NCBI GenBank assembly: GCA_964016885.1
Contig: OZ024749.1
Location: 38,750,001 to 38,814,000 of the forward strand
Length of the DNA: 64,000 nt
Source of the DNA: Eledone cirrhosa
Taxonomy: Eukaryota
Reading direction: 5' to 3'
This document shows positions 26,641 through 40,036 of the stretch, one piece after another. Made by a program: the position numbers and the translations under genes. The notes under the pieces are model-generated. The model saw only the letters and a program-made list of their open reading frames with translations. It did no database searches and was not told the origin of the DNA. Positions within the stretch are counted from its first letter, which is position 1. Each line of letters begins with the position of its first letter.

Positions 26641-27505
26641 CAAGGTGTGGACGATATTTGTTCACAATTTTCAACTGCTAATTTTATGCAAATTTTTTTT
26701 ACTTCTGTTGTCACTCTTGTCTTCATAAAAACAGTGACTATATTTCCATTATTTATTTTCAGAATAATTGATTATGAATAATTTTGAACCTGCAAATTTG
26801 TGGAAGAGACACGGAGTTCTTCTTGGAATCCACGCCGGGAGGACAAATAAGGAAATTTCAGACTTTCTCAGCGTCAGCAGGAGAATGATGGAAAAGGTCA
26901 GAAAGGAATTGGAAGATTCAGGATTCGACTACGAAGCAATATCAGAAAGGAAAACACATGATCAATGATCTGACGCCTTCAGAACGCTCGAGTTCGTCGC
27001 TGAAGTTCAGGATATCATCAACAATGAACCTAGCAAGTCGATGCATGCCATTGCAAGGGAGAAAGGCATGGATGAAAAGCTCATTAGGCTGGTGGTACAT
27101 GAAGACATTCGCTATGTTTCATACAAGATGAGGAAAGGACAATTTCTGTCAAAGGCGATGCAAGAAAAGCGACTGAAGCATGCAAAGAAGCTGATCAACA
27201 AGTTGAAACACCCACTGGAGCCAGACATGCTGTGGTTGTTCTCTGACGAGAAAACTTCTGCCAAGACCAGAAGATCAACTCCCAGAATAACAGGTGGCTC
27301 GCTGTCTCATCCAAAGACGTGCCCAGACAAAGTTTCCAGCGACAACATTGGTCTTAGGTGTCATCAGCAGTCAAGGTGACGTCATGCCACCTCACTTCTT
27401 CCCTGAGGGCCTCAAGCTGAACACCGATGGCTACATCCGCGTTCTGAGCGAGGTAGTAAAGCCCTGGATTGACCAGGTAGGCCGTACATGTGGCAGCAAG
27501 ACTGC
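26641..27505 (+). mobile_element. Tc1/mariner DD37D (maT-type) transposon, 5' part with left TIR; transposase pseudogene
   Basis: TA-CAAGGTGTGGACGATATTTGTTC TIR; HTH-like N-terminus and WLFSDEK; stop and frameshifts. Confidence 0.85.
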
Positions 27506-27696
27506 GTTTCGCTATTGATCAGCTGAAGGTTCGATCTGTATCAATCTGGCCTGACTCTGGAATCAAAAGCTCGTCGGACCTCTGCTGTTGTAATGCTCTA
27601 CACCTCACCACTGACATGAACCTAAACATTGAGTGCTCACCTGGGTAAACCTACAGTAACTTCACGTTACACTCCCTGGATATATATATAGCATGG

Positions 27697-27743
<47 letters not shown>

Positions 27744-27791
27744 CCCATGCTAACATGGAAGATGGACGTTAAACGAAGATGATGATATATA

Positions 27792-27921
27792 TAGAAGTGG
27801 TAACACAACAGTTAGTTCACCATATGGTGAACTAACTGCTGTGTTACCACTTCTACCTTACTCGTCCCATGGACTGAGTGCTCTACCACTATGGATATTA
27901 CCTTCCAGTGTTCTACCTCTT
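27792..27921 (+). mobile_element. Fold-back family B, short copy
   Basis: 32-bp arms centred on CACCAT|ATGGTG, then tail with CTGAGTGCTC; homologous to 58076-58640. Confidence 0.75.
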
Positions 27922-28030
27922 TATATATAAATATATATATATATATAAGTAAATGCTCACAACATCAATATATATGTATCTATATTATTGTTCAGTTGAA
28001 TAGGAGGTTAATTACATGTACAAACATTGA

Positions 28031-28085
28031 TAATGCTCTGATGATTCCAAACGAGAGCTTGGAAGAAACGATTGTCAGCTATTAA
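28031..28085 (+). ncRNA. Type I hammerhead ribozyme motif
   Basis: TAATGCT-CTGATGA-TTCCAA ACGAGAGC TTGGAA-GAAA-CGATTG-TC-AGCTATTA; GTC triplet at 28075-28077. Confidence 0.8.
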
Positions 28086-28280
28086 ATGATTTGAACACAA
28101 CTTTGATAATTGTCTAATTTATTTATTTTCCTGCTCTGTAAAACAACTGATGTTCTTACATTGAGTATTTCTCTTACTGGTAATAGGGTAGTAGGAAATT
28201 ACTGACCTTTCCTGTTTATAGTTGTTTATAGTATATACATAACTATAAATAGTATTATTATTATTATTATATATATATAT

Positions 28281-28407
28281 TGCCATTCTGAGTTCAAATC
28301 CTCCCGCTGAGGTTAACTTTGCCTTTCATCCTTACGGGGTCGATAAAATAAAGTACCAGTAATGCACTGGGTAATTGCTGGCCTTGTGCCAAAAAGTAGA
28401 AACAATT

Positions 28408-28476
<69 letters not shown>

Positions 28477-29502
28477 TGAGCCAGACAATTAGATATCATC
28501 TAGGGTCACCAATTTCCACTACAATATTTCTAATGAATGAAACAGTTCTAGTCCTGTAGAATCTCATCTACATTAAAACTTATATATATATATATATATA
28601 TACTGAAGTGTAAATTTGATATAAATATCTAAGAGTTTAGAGCACTCAGTCCATATAATGAGTTAAGTATAATTAGTTATAATAGTGACATGAGCAGGTA
28701 TCCAACAAAACGTAAGTACTTGTACATGTCACTGTTGTAATTAATTACATATATATGTAATTATATACATATATATAAGCATACACATAGTTATAATTGT
28801 TTCTACTTTTGGCACAAGGCCACCAATTACCCAGTACATTACTGGTACTTTATTTTATCGACCCCGTAAGGATGAAAGGCAAAGTTAACCTCAGCGGGAT
28901 TTGAACTCAGCACTCCTTCATAGTCTATTAACTTTTCAGCCGACCTTCATATTTACACACACACACATATATATGTACATACAATATTCGGGTGTGATTT
29001 GGTTGTTATTTATACACATCAATCACAGTTATTAATAAAGAGTTTATATGAATGCATGTAAGATTTCACAGCTCCAGCATCACTACTTCACGACCAAGAT
29101 ACTCTCATGGAATGACCAATGTACATGTCACTGTTGTAATTAATTACATATATATGTAATTATATACATATATATAAGCATACACATAATTATAATTGTT
29201 TCTACTTTTGGCACAAGGCCAGCAATTACCCAGTGCATTACTGGTACTTTATTTTATCGACCCCGTAAGGATGAAAGGCAAAGTTAACCTCGGCGGGATT
29301 TGAACTCAGACTGGCAAGGGCCGTAACTCTATGCTGCAAAGCATGGTGTCCGACCCTCTACTGATACTGCCAATCCACCAATAATAATTGTTTCTACTTT
29401 GGGCACAAGGCCAGCAATTACCTCAGTACATTACTGGTACTTTATTTTGTCGACCCCGTAAGGATGAAAGGCAAAGTTAACCTCAGCGGGATTTGAACTG
29501 AG
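28281..29502. mobile_element. Cluster of four SINE family 1 copies (28281-28407 +; 28793-28910, 29192-29379 and 29380-29502 -) with a local duplication and fold-back remnants
   Basis: Consensus matches; the flank TGTACATGTCACTGTTG...ATACACATA is duplicated at about 28721 and 29120. Confidence 0.8.
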
Positions 29503-30151
29503 AATATGATTATTAGTGTCAGGTAAAATAGTGTTGGTGTGTGAAGGTGAGCTAGTTGTGAGTAGTAAATGAAAATATCACAGTATGACCTTCAGAGTTA
29601 AGTGGGTGAGGCAAATTAGTGTTGATGGGAATGGTACCTGGGAAATGACAGGACCTGTGGGAGAAATGTATATACTTTTGATTATACTTTTGATGGAATA
29701 AATTACTAATCAAGGTGTGTACTGTAGAATCTGAACAGATATGGCTGTGTCAGGTGGCTAATTAACAGTAATTAGAGCATGAGACAAAATACCTTACACT
29801 AGCCTCAAGTTAGCCAAAACACTGTTAGTGAAATTGGGTAGACATAAACTGTGTAGAAGTCCCCTTACATGCTCTTTGGAATACTCAGCCACTTACATTG
29901 TAATACATGATGGTCTGTACCTGTAATTTAAAGCTCCAGCTTTGTTACACACAGTGTTATGCTGAATCTCCCTGAGAATTACATTAAAGGTACATATATC
30001 TGTGGAATACTCAACCACTTACATTATAATACATGATGGCCAGTACCTGTAATTTAAAGGTCCATTCTCACCATACACTTTTTCATGCTGAATCTCCCTG
30101 AAAATTACATTACCATGACCCCCAACAATAGAGAGGTATTATATATATATA

Positions 30152-30357
30152 TAGGAAAAGAGTCAGGACCCCAACAGCTGAGCTCTGGCCGTTTCAACAG
30201 CTAGATCCGAACTCAGTTCAGATCTAGCTGTTGAAACAGTCGGAGCTCAGACGTCGGGGTCCTGACTCTTTTCCTATTACCCACTCTACTATCCAAAGTA
30301 TTGAGTACTCTGGTGCGTTATGGTCCACCTGGTATCTTACTACACCCTCCTTGTTTT
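30152..30357 (+). mobile_element. Fold-back element family A
   Basis: About 60-bp arms centred on GAACTCAGTTC; tail with TTGAGTACTC; (TA)n on both sides. Confidence 0.78.
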
Positions 30358-30380
30358 ATATATATATATATATATATATA

Positions 30381-30953
30381 TGAAAGTCGATAGCTGTATA
30401 ACAAAGTGCAGGGCAATAAAGATAGACGGTAGCCACGGAATAGGCAGACCTAGAAAAACCTGGGACGAGCTGATAAACTCCGACCTCACACACTTACACC
30501 TCTCCAAGACAATGTCACTGGACCGAGACCTTTGGCGGTACTCAGTAACAGAGAAGACCCGCCTTACCTAAATACATAGTAAAACCTACTACAGCCAGTA
30601 GGCATCTCTAACAAAATACACCCCGTCCCACCACCCCCACCCCATCCACACCACCCCCTTCTGATGTAAAGTTATGTCGGTGCCACGCCATCCAGGCCGA
30701 AACAAATGAGATCGTGTAGGTGTCACGACAAAAAAACACACAGTCCACGCTGTAATGTGGCCGTGTAGGCAACACGGTAAAAACCTCCCAGCCCCACACT
30801 GTAAATGTGGTTGGTGTTAGGAAGGGCATCCAACTGTAGAAAACCCGCCAGACAGTCCTATGCAAGCAAGACAATCACTCTTGCCTCAGGTGGGACTACC
30901 CCCGTCCAAACCCATGCAAGCGTGGAACACGGACGTTAAACGATGATGATGAT
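30381..30953 (+). mobile_element. RTE LINE, 5'-truncated young copy (ORF end plus 3' UTR)
   Basis: Nearly identical to 63745-64000; ends GGACGTTAAACGATGATGATGAT. Confidence 0.9.
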
Positions 30954-30972
30954 ATATATATATATATATATA

Positions 30973-31410
30973 CATGTTTGGATCTAGCTGTCGACACAGC
31001 AGGAACTCAGCTGTCGGGGCCCTGACTCTTTTTCTCTCTATTTATATATATATATATATATATACATGTTTGGATCTAGCTGTCGACACAGCAGGAACTC
31101 AGCTGTCGGGGCCCTGACTCTTTTTCTCTCTATTTATATATATATATATATATACATGTTTGGATCTAGCTGTCGACACAGCAGGAACTCAGCTGTCGGG
31201 GCCCTGACTCTTTTTCTCTCTATTTATATATATATATATATATACATGTTTGGATCTAACTGTCGACGCAACAGGAACTCAGCTGTCGGGGCCCTGACTC
31301 TTTTTCTCTCTATTTATATATATATATATATATACATGTTTGGATCTAACTGTCGACACAGCAGGAACTCAGCTGTCGGGGCCCTGACTCTTTTTCTCTT
31401 TATTTATATA
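30973..31410 (+). repeat. About 90-bp tandem repeat, 5 copies, made of a family A fragment plus (TA)n
   Basis: Unit CATGTTTGGATCTAGCTGTCGACACAGCAGGAACTCAGCTGTCGGGGCCCTGACTCTTTT. Confidence 0.9.
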
Positions 31411-31476
31411 TATATATATCAACATCTTTATACAGATCTGTATTTTGGCTTAGTTTTTACAGCTGGATGCTTTTCC

Positions 31477-31770
31477 TAAGACCAAATATGTGACAGTGTG
31501 GACAGAGTACTTATTATTGTGGCACTAACAGAACCACCTAAAGAGGGTGGATTGTGTGATTTTTATCGTGCTGATCTCTGATGAATTGATATTTTTCCTT
31601 TGTCCCAATCTCCAACGTATTTTAAGACCAAATATGTGACAGTGTGGACAGAGTACTTATTATTGTGGCACTAACAGAACCACCCAAAGAGGGTGGATTG
31701 TGTGATTTTTATCGTGCTGATCTCTGATGAATTGATATGTTTCCTTTGTCCCAATCTCCAACGTATTTTA
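31477..31770 (+). repeat. About 146-bp tandem duplication
   Basis: TAAGACCAAATATGTGACAG at 31477 and 31623. Confidence 0.9.
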
Positions 31771-31940
31771 TAAAAGTTTTGTCCAATAAAAACATTTCCT
31801 TTGTATATGTTTACTGGTAAAGATATCGTTGTTCACACTTCACCACATTCAATTGTAGCCAATAAATGTATTTCTATATATTTATATTTAATGACTATGA
31901 AATGTACTGGGTTGAGTTGAGTCGTGACGTAATCAGCTAA

Positions 31941-31988
<48 letters not shown>

Positions 31989-32246
31989 ATGTTCAGCTTG
32001 GATGTGTAAACATAAAAAATAATGTGCTCAATACAAAAATAAAATCATCATCATCATTATTATGTTTATGTCCATGGTGGCATGGGTTGTATGAAACTTT
32101 TTGAAGCAGTATACTACAGGCAGATACCCTTCTTACTTTTGTAGGTCCACTAGTCACATGCTGGTTTTATGCTGTTTGAAGGAGGAGGAGAAGATGTAGA
32201 TTATATACAATTGTGTGTGAATATATATAGTTATATATATATATAT

Positions 32247-32582
32247 ACATGGCTTAGTGGTTAGAGCATTGGCCTTGCAATTGAAAGGTTGTGAGTTCAA
32301 TTCTCAGACCGGGTGATGTGTTGTTTCCTTGAGCAAGACACTTTATTTCACATTGCTCCAGTTTACTCAGCTGTAGAAATGAGATGATAGGGACTGGGGT
32401 CCCTATCATTCCACTGCAAAGTGGTCGTGGAGGTGCCACGGCAAAAAAGCACCCAGCACTCACTGTAAATGAGGTTGGTGTTAGGAAGGGCATCCAACTG
32501 TAGAAATCAAGCCAGAATCAGTTCCCGTCCCACCCTTGCAAGCAGGGAAAAGCGGACGTAAAATGAAATGAAATGAATGATG

Positions 32583-32584
<2 letters not shown>
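32247..32584 (+). mobile_element. CORE-type SINE family 2
   Basis: Near identical to 25761-26102 and 62652-62987. Confidence 0.88.
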
Positions 32585-32636
<52 letters not shown>

Positions 32637-32639
<3 letters not shown>

Positions 32640-32793
32640 TTTATCCCGAGTTCAATCGGGGGTAACCACAGTAAGTAAGGTACTCAATACAAAGCAGAGT
32701 ATAAATATTTAATATAGAAAAAGCTTCTACAGGACTAGAACTGTTTCATTCGGGAATGAAACAGTTCTAGTCATGTAGAAGCCCTTTCTATAT

Positions 32794-32800
<7 letters not shown>
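32637..32800 (-). mobile_element. Fold-back family F
   Basis: About 46-bp arms centred on TTTCATTCGGGAATGAAAC; tail with GTACTCAATAC; (TA)n flanks; fragments at about 28535 and 59580. Confidence 0.72.
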
Positions 32801-32828
<28 letters not shown>

Positions 32829-33016
32829 ACTGTTCAGATCTAGCTGTCGAAACGGCCGGAATGGACAACAGAGGCCACGTACCATTCTTCTCTGACAGAT
32901 AACTTCCTCTCCCCCCCCCCCCGAAAAAAAACCCAGTTGATGGATACGAATCCGAAATATAGGGACAATTAAATCTCTCCCAAGGTAACTCTATCTCGTG
33001 TTATTATTTTTATTTT

Positions 33017-33206
33017 AGGGCGGTGGATTGGCAGTATCGGTAGAGGGTCGGACGCCATGCTTTCCAGCATAGTTACGTCCCTTTACGATCTGAGTTCAAA
33101 TCCCGCCGAGGTTGACTTTGCCTTTCATCCTTACGGGGTCGATAAAATAAAGTACCAGTAATGTACTGGGTAATTGCTGGCCTTGTGCCTAAAGTAGAAA
33201 CAATTA
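33017..33206 (+). mobile_element. SINE family 1, full length
   Basis: A and B boxes; TSD ATTATTTTTATTTT on both sides. Confidence 0.9.
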
Positions 33207-33421
33207 TTTTTATTTTTTATGCTCTTTCCTACATTCCTCTACACACTATACATTTCATTCTACATTTCCTCTTACATCTCTCTCTTCACCACCGGATTCT
33301 GTTACCCGAAGATTTACCCATCTGCATTGTTGAGGTTTCCAAAACGACCAAAAAAAAAAATTTTATTATTCCACAATTCTTCAAGCAAACTTCAATACTC
33401 TCTTATATATATATATATATA

Positions 33422-33557
33422 TAGGAATGAGTAGGACCCCGACGGCTTGAGCTCAGCCGTCGGGGTCCTACTCGTTCCTATTACCCACTCTACTACCCTA
33501 AGTATTGAGTACTTTGGTGCGTTATGGTCCACCTGGTTCCTTACCACATTTCCTTCG

Positions 33558-33559
<2 letters not shown>
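33422..33559 (+). mobile_element. Fold-back element family A, short arms
   Basis: Arms centred on TTGAGCTCAG; (TA)n flanks. Confidence 0.75.
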
Positions 33560-33628
<69 letters not shown>

Positions 33629-34224
33629 TAACTCTCTCTCTCTCACTTCCTATCTCGTCTTTATCTGTTCTGATGTGAATGAATAGTAGTTATGACACAC
33701 AAAGAAATATAGAAAGCCTGGCTAAGATTGTCCACCGCTCCAGGCCTTATTTTACTCATTAAGGAAAATATTTATTTAGTCTATTATAAGGCCTATGATA
33801 CAACCTCCCTTTGTTGTCAAGGATTATAATAAACCCAACTAGAATAAGGACAACTCCTCCGTAATACCTTCTTCTCTTCCCTTTCTTCACCCCTTTCTTC
33901 TCTCATTATCATGTGTACCTTTCATGGGTCCTCCATCACTTTCTACGATGAGAGCCCCAGTTGTTTGATCAGCTAAACATCAAGTTCATGAATGAACATT
34001 TAAGTGGTTGAGTATTCCACAGACATGTGTACTCTTAATGTAATTCCCAAAGTGAAAAATTAGTGTGACACACCATGTAACAAAGCTGGACCTTTGAATT
34101 ACAGGTACAATCAATCTGATGGGCTTCCACACCGTTTCTGTCCACCCAATTTCACTGACAAGTCTCCAAATCATGCCAACATAAAAACACATACTTAAAA
34201 ACAATGATTATATATGTATATTTA

Positions 34225-35041
34225 TGCCTACTGCAACATGTAGGAAATGAGTAGACGTAAACTCTATATGATGTACACAATGTAAATCTTGGGCACACAA
34301 TGAAGTGGGATAACAGGTAAACTAACAGGAAGGGAAGACTTTGTCTGTACAAGATGAACAGGGAAAATCAAGGGTAAGAGTGTCAGTGATATAAACCTTT
34401 TCCAATCACATGAAGAATCCATAGAAGTGATTGATAGCTTCTCCTATCTAGGTGACTTAATTATCAGCGGAGGAGGGTGCTCTGAGAGTATAATAGCTAG
34501 AAAAAGGTTAGGATGGAAGTAGTTTAAAGTACTCCCACTGTGGACAACAAAAGGGTTCTCCCTATGTACAAAAGGACGGCTATAGGAGGCCTGGGTGCAA
34601 AGTGTAATGCTGCATGGTAGTGAAACATGGGCTGTGACTGCAGAGGACATGCATAAACTGAAGAGAAATGAAGCAACCATATTTTGTTGGATGTGCAAAG
34701 TAAATGTGAAAGAAAGGCAGAGTTTGGATGAACTGAGAGAGAAACTGGGTTTAGGAGGAATTTGAAGTGGTGTGTAAGAGAGAAGATTGTATTGGTACTG
34801 ACATGTGATGCACATGGATGGTAGTTGCTGGATGAAGAAGCCCCAGTGGAGGGAATCCACAGTAGAGGTAGACCAAGGAAGATCTGGGCAAAGGTGGTGA
34901 GAACTGATCTCAAATTGCTGAGACTCACAGAGATGATGAAGGAAAGTGGTGAGTGGGAAGACACTGTGATCAAAAGGACTCATCCAACCCATGCAAGCAT
35001 GTAAAAATGGATTTAAAAACGTAGATGGTGATGATGATGAT
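34225..35041 (+). mobile_element. Older degenerate RTE LINE, same lineage as 63002-64000
   Basis: Remnants of CKSWAH..SGITGKL, DSFSYLGD..GGGCSES, LHGSETWA; (GAT)n tail; many stops. Confidence 0.85.
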
Positions 35042-35196
35042 ATAAATATGTATGGGGGGGGGGAATATCTTATATGTATACGTAATATCGTACATGTATA
35101 TATATATATATATATTAATTGTTCAACTGTATCTCTCTTCCACTTGTAAAAATATCTTTATTTTCATACAAGTTGACCAATACAAGTCAATGATTG

Positions 35197-35244
<48 letters not shown>

Positions 35245-35279
35245 TTGAAAATTGCAAACTTGACTGTCACCACACATTA

Positions 35280-35318
35280 TGAACCTGAAGATTGCGAAAG
35301 CATGAAAGTACTAGTTCA
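35280..35318 (+). ncRNA. Minimal hammerhead ribozyme motif
   Basis: TGAAC-CTGAAGA-TTGC GAAA GCAT-GAAA-GTAC-TA-GTTCA; palindromic helix III, CUA triplet; within a TA-flanked insert. Confidence 0.72.
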
Positions 35319-35480
35319 ATTAACACTTAACATTTAATATTCTGCCATACTATTTCATTATAATACCATTATAAATTTTAAAGGATTGTAAATAAAACGA
35401 GTAAATCAGACAAAGTTGGAATTCCTCTTATTAATTTAATCTTCTATACACAATCATACACACCCGTGTATATTTATCTA

Positions 35481-35519
<39 letters not shown>

Positions 35520-35522
<3 letters not shown>

Positions 35523-35743
35523 TTCAAAATATTAACAAATATAGACATTCGTGTGATCAAGTATATTTTATTATACATATTTCAGAGGCACTGAGCTATC
35601 TTCAACAGTACGTCCTCATCAGATAAAATAAGATGATGCTTGACATACCTTGACTATGTTGATGGTTAAAATTCAGTCAACATACTCAAGGTATGTTAAG
35701 CATCATCTTATTTTATCTGATGAGGACGTACTGTTGAAGATAG
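35520..35743 (-). mobile_element. Fold-back element with about 65-bp arms and a hammerhead-like core
   Basis: Arms 35596-35670 and 35676-35743; minus strand CTGATGAGG..ACTG..CAGT.CCTCT-GAAA-TATG-TA, helix I imperfect. Confidence 0.6.
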
Positions 35744-36536
35744 TGTGACTTATCTACCAAGTGTGACATATCTACCAGTGTGACATATCTACCAGTGTGA
35801 CTTATATACCAAGTGGGACTTATCAATAAACACATATATTCAATTATCATTTTTCTGGTTTTAGTTATTAGACAGTGGCCATGCTGGGGCACTACATTTA
35901 AAAGATACCATTCTGTTGTCACAGTAACCAAAAACTTAATAACAGTCTTACCTTGGCAATGCAGGTAATTGTAATAAATCCATGTTTGAATTGTTTTGTA
36001 TTCTTTAAAATACAAAAGAGCGTCAAGAAATAAAATAAATAACAGAATTTCTTCTAGTTAAATATCAATTTTTGGAGAGTCTTTTACCAATTTTAACTAC
36101 AAACACTAATCATTTTGCTGATTGCTGTCTCGTGAGGGAGAGAAGGGCAGTGGCCAGAGCCTTTAAATTTTTTTCAAGATCCCCAACATTGGTGGGGAGA
36201 AGGTTGGTAGAGTAGGAAGATACCTTTAATTCAGAGACCTAACCCAACAGAGTAGAACAGAATAGACTCTGCTAAAGAAAACTAAGAGTTAAGTGAGGGT
36301 GTTAAACCAAGTGATTTCTTGTTTGTTTATCCAAAAATATTGTAATGAAGGCCAGGACTACACAGACAGGTAAACAGGTATCCTACATGTGTATCTCAGG
36401 TATACTAATGTCCTGTTGTAGAGATGTCCATCTGTAGAGGTATACAGGTGTAGAGGTGTTCAGATGTACAAAATTCCAGATCTAGAAGTGTCATGATGTA
36501 GAGGTCTCCCTCCAAGTATACTATAAGTGTCCTACA

Positions 36537-36605
<69 letters not shown>

Positions 36606-36710
36606 TTGTATATATATATATAAAGTGTAGTAGATCAAGCAGTGGTGATGGGGTTATCCTAAAAACTAACAAGAAAGTATGTCGCAGGTCAGAAACCTGT
36701 CACCTCTTTC

Positions 36711-37908
36711 CCACCACCACCACTGCCATCACCACCACCACTGCCATCACCACCACCACTGCCATCACCACCACCACCACCACCACCACCACCACCACCA
36801 CCACCACCACCACCTCAAACAGTACTAATCCCAACACCATCTGCTCTTATGCTCACACCCCATTGACATCATCCTTAATCTCACTGCCACTGTAATCGTT
36901 TCTACTGTCATCATCGCCACCACCACATCACCATCAGCCCCACCACCACCATCACCATCACCTCCACCTCCATCACCAACACCACCATCGCTATAAGCAC
37001 CACCATCATCGCCACCACCACATCACCATCAGCACCACCACCACCACCACCATCACCATCACCTCCACCTCCATCACCAACATCGCTATAAGCACCACCA
37101 ACATCGCCACCATTATAAGCACCACCATCATCGCCACCACCACATCACCATCAGCACCACCACCACCATCACCATCACCTCCACCTCCATCACCAACACC
37201 ACCATCGCTATAAGCACCACCAACACCGCCATCATTATAAGCACCACCATCATCGCCATCATTATAAGCACCACCATCATCGCCACCACCACATCACCAT
37301 CAGCACCACCACCACCACCATCACCATCACCTCCACCACCAACACCACCATCGCTATAAGCACCACCAACACCGCCATCATTATAAGCACCACCATCATC
37401 GCCACCACCACATCACCATCAGCACCACCACCACCACCACCATCACCATCACCTCCACCACCAACACCACCATCGCTATAAGCACCACCAACACCGCCAT
37501 CATTATAAGCACCACCATCATCGCCACCACCACATCACCATCAGCACCACCACCACCACCACCATCACCATCACCTCCATCACCAACACCACCATCGCTA
37601 TAAGCACCACCAACACCGCCATCATTATAAGCACCACCATCAGCGCCACCACCACATCACCATCAGCACCACCATCACCACCACCATCACCTCCACCTCC
37701 ATCACCAACACCACCATCGCTATAAGCACCACCAACATCGCCACCATTATAAGCACCACCATCATCGCCACCACCACATCACCATCAGCACCACCACCAC
37801 CACCACCATCACCATCACCACCAACACCGCTATAAGCACCACCAACACCGCCATCATTATAAGCACCACCATCATCGCCACCATTATAAGCACCACCATC
37901 AGCACCAT

Positions 37909-37939
<31 letters not shown>

Positions 37940-38050
37940 ACCAACCCCCACAACCACCACCACCACCCTCACCACCAAAATCACCAGCACCACCACCCCA
38001 CCAATACTACCCCCCCACCACCACCACCACCGCCACCACCGCCACCACCA
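36711..38050. repeat. (CAC/CAT)n-based compound minisatellite
   Basis: Recurrent ATCGCTATAAGCACCACC and ATTATAAGCACCACC landmarks. Confidence 0.92.
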
Positions 38051-38185
38051 GCTATGTTGCTATGTCAATACCACCTGTGACAGGTGTCCATACACCTTGT
38101 GATTATATTGCAGCATTGTCACAGGTAAATTTACTGACATGTAGCTATAACCACTTTGGTCCCAGATATTATTGTTGTTGAAGGG

Positions 38186-38430
38186 TAGGTGGTGGTGGTG
38201 GGGTGGTGGTGGTGGTGGTGGTGGTGGTAGTGGTAGTGGGGTAGGTGAGGTAGGTAGGTGGTGGTGGTGGTGGTGGTAGTGGGGTAGGTGATGTAGGTGG
38301 TGGTGGTGGTGGTGGTGGTGGTGGTGGTGGTGGGGTGGTTGTGGTGATGGTGGTAGTGATAGTGGTGGTGGTGGTTGTGGTGGTAGTTGAGGTGGTTTGG
38401 GTGGTAGTATTGGTGGAGGTGGTGCTGGTG
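38186..38430. repeat. (GGT)n-rich tract
   Basis: Direct reading. Confidence 0.92.
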
Positions 38431-38473
38431 AGTAGTATAAAGTGGTATATAGGCTTCTATATAATTGTTTCTA

Positions 38474-38665
38474 ATAATTGTTTCTACTTTTGGCACAAGG
38501 CCAGCAAATACCTCAGTGCATTACTGGTACTTTATTTTATCGACCCCGTAAGGATGAAAGGCAAAGTTGACTTCGGCGGGATTTGAACTCAGAACATAAA
38601 GGGGCATAACTCTATACTGGAAAGCATAGTGTCCGACCCTCTACCGATACTGCCAATCCACCGCC
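38474..38665 (-). mobile_element. SINE family 1, full length
   Basis: Flanking direct repeat ATTGTTTCTAATAATTGTTTCTACTT overlapping the tail. Confidence 0.88.
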
Positions 38666-38690
38666 ATTGTTTCTAATAATTGTTTCTACT

Positions 38691-39047
38691 TCAGATTATT
38701 AGAGACCTCCAAACTATCAGAGACCTCTACACTTCCAGATTATCAGAGACCTCTAGATCTTCAGACTATCAGAGACCTCTACACCTCCAGACTATTAGAG
38801 ATCTCCAGACTATTAGAGACCTCTAGACCTTCAGACTATCAGAGATCTCTACACCTCCAGACTATTAGAGATCTCCAGACTATTAGAGACCTCCAGACTA
38901 TTAGAGACCTCCAGACTATTAGAAACCTTCAGACTATTAGAGACCTCTAGACTATTAGAAACCTCCAGACTATTAAAGACCTCTAGACTATTAGAAACCT
39001 TCAGACTATTAGAGACCTTTAGACCTCCAGACGATTAGAGACCTCCA
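38691..39047 (+). repeat. 18/27-bp CAGACTATTAGAGACCTC minisatellite
   Basis: Direct reading. Confidence 0.88.
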
Positions 39048-39093
39048 TCTGATATTATCAAACCTTGCATGGCAGCTCTGATATTACAGACAT

Positions 39094-39718
39094 GTGGAAG
39101 ACGTGCCCAGAGTCATGCAGACAAAGTTTCCAGCGACAACATTGGTCTTAGGTGTCGTCAGCAGTCAAGGTGACGTCATGCCACCTCACTCCTTCCCTGA
39201 GGGCGTCAAGCTGAACACCGATGGCTACATCCGCGTTCTGAGCGAGGTAGTAAAGCCCTGGATCGACCAGGTAGCTGCAGGTAGGCCGTACGTGTGGCAG
39301 CAAGACTCAGCGCCCTGCCATACCAGCCGAAAGACCCAAGCCTGGCTGTCAGAGAACTTCGTTGACCACACATCACCTGATTCTGGCCTCCCAGCTCGCC
39401 TGACTGCAACCTCCTCGACTTCTTTGTGTGGGGCGCAGTGGAACAAGACACCAACAGATCTAGCTGCAATACGAAAGATGATCTGAAGGCCAGGATCACA
39501 AGTGCCTTTAGGGGCCTAAGTCGGGGGAGACTGATGAAGGCCTGTAGCTGGTTCTGAGGCCATCATCAAAGCCAATGGCGGGTTTATCGAGTGAGATCGA
39601 AAGAACAAGTCATGAAGACAAACTGACCCAAGTTTGATAAATATATCTTCAAAAATAAAACTACTGTCTTATTTTTTCCTAGACAGTAATCTTGCGAACA
39701 AATATCATCCACACCCTG
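39094..39718 (+). mobile_element. Tc1/mariner DD37D (maT-type) transposon, 3' part with right TIR
   Basis: WQQDSAPCH...(frameshift)WPPSSPDCNLLDF gives D-37-D spacing; TIR GAACAAATATCATCCACACCCTG-TA. Confidence 0.88.
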
Positions 39719-39719
39719 T

Positions 39720-39769
39720 ATATATATATATACGTAAAATGATGATGATGATGATGATGATACATATAT

Positions 39770-39837
<68 letters not shown>

Positions 39838-39882
39838 GTATATATATGTATATATATATATATATATGTATGTATATATATG

Positions 39883-39913
<31 letters not shown>

Positions 39914-39914
39914 A

Positions 39915-39966
<52 letters not shown>

Positions 39967-39972
39967 TATATG

Positions 39973-40036
<64 letters not shown>

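Noticed and set aside
37640-37996. Glycine-rich (GGAY) structural protein ORF
   Set aside because: Lies wholly within the CAC minisatellite; frames break between units and no signal peptide or exon boundaries are evident
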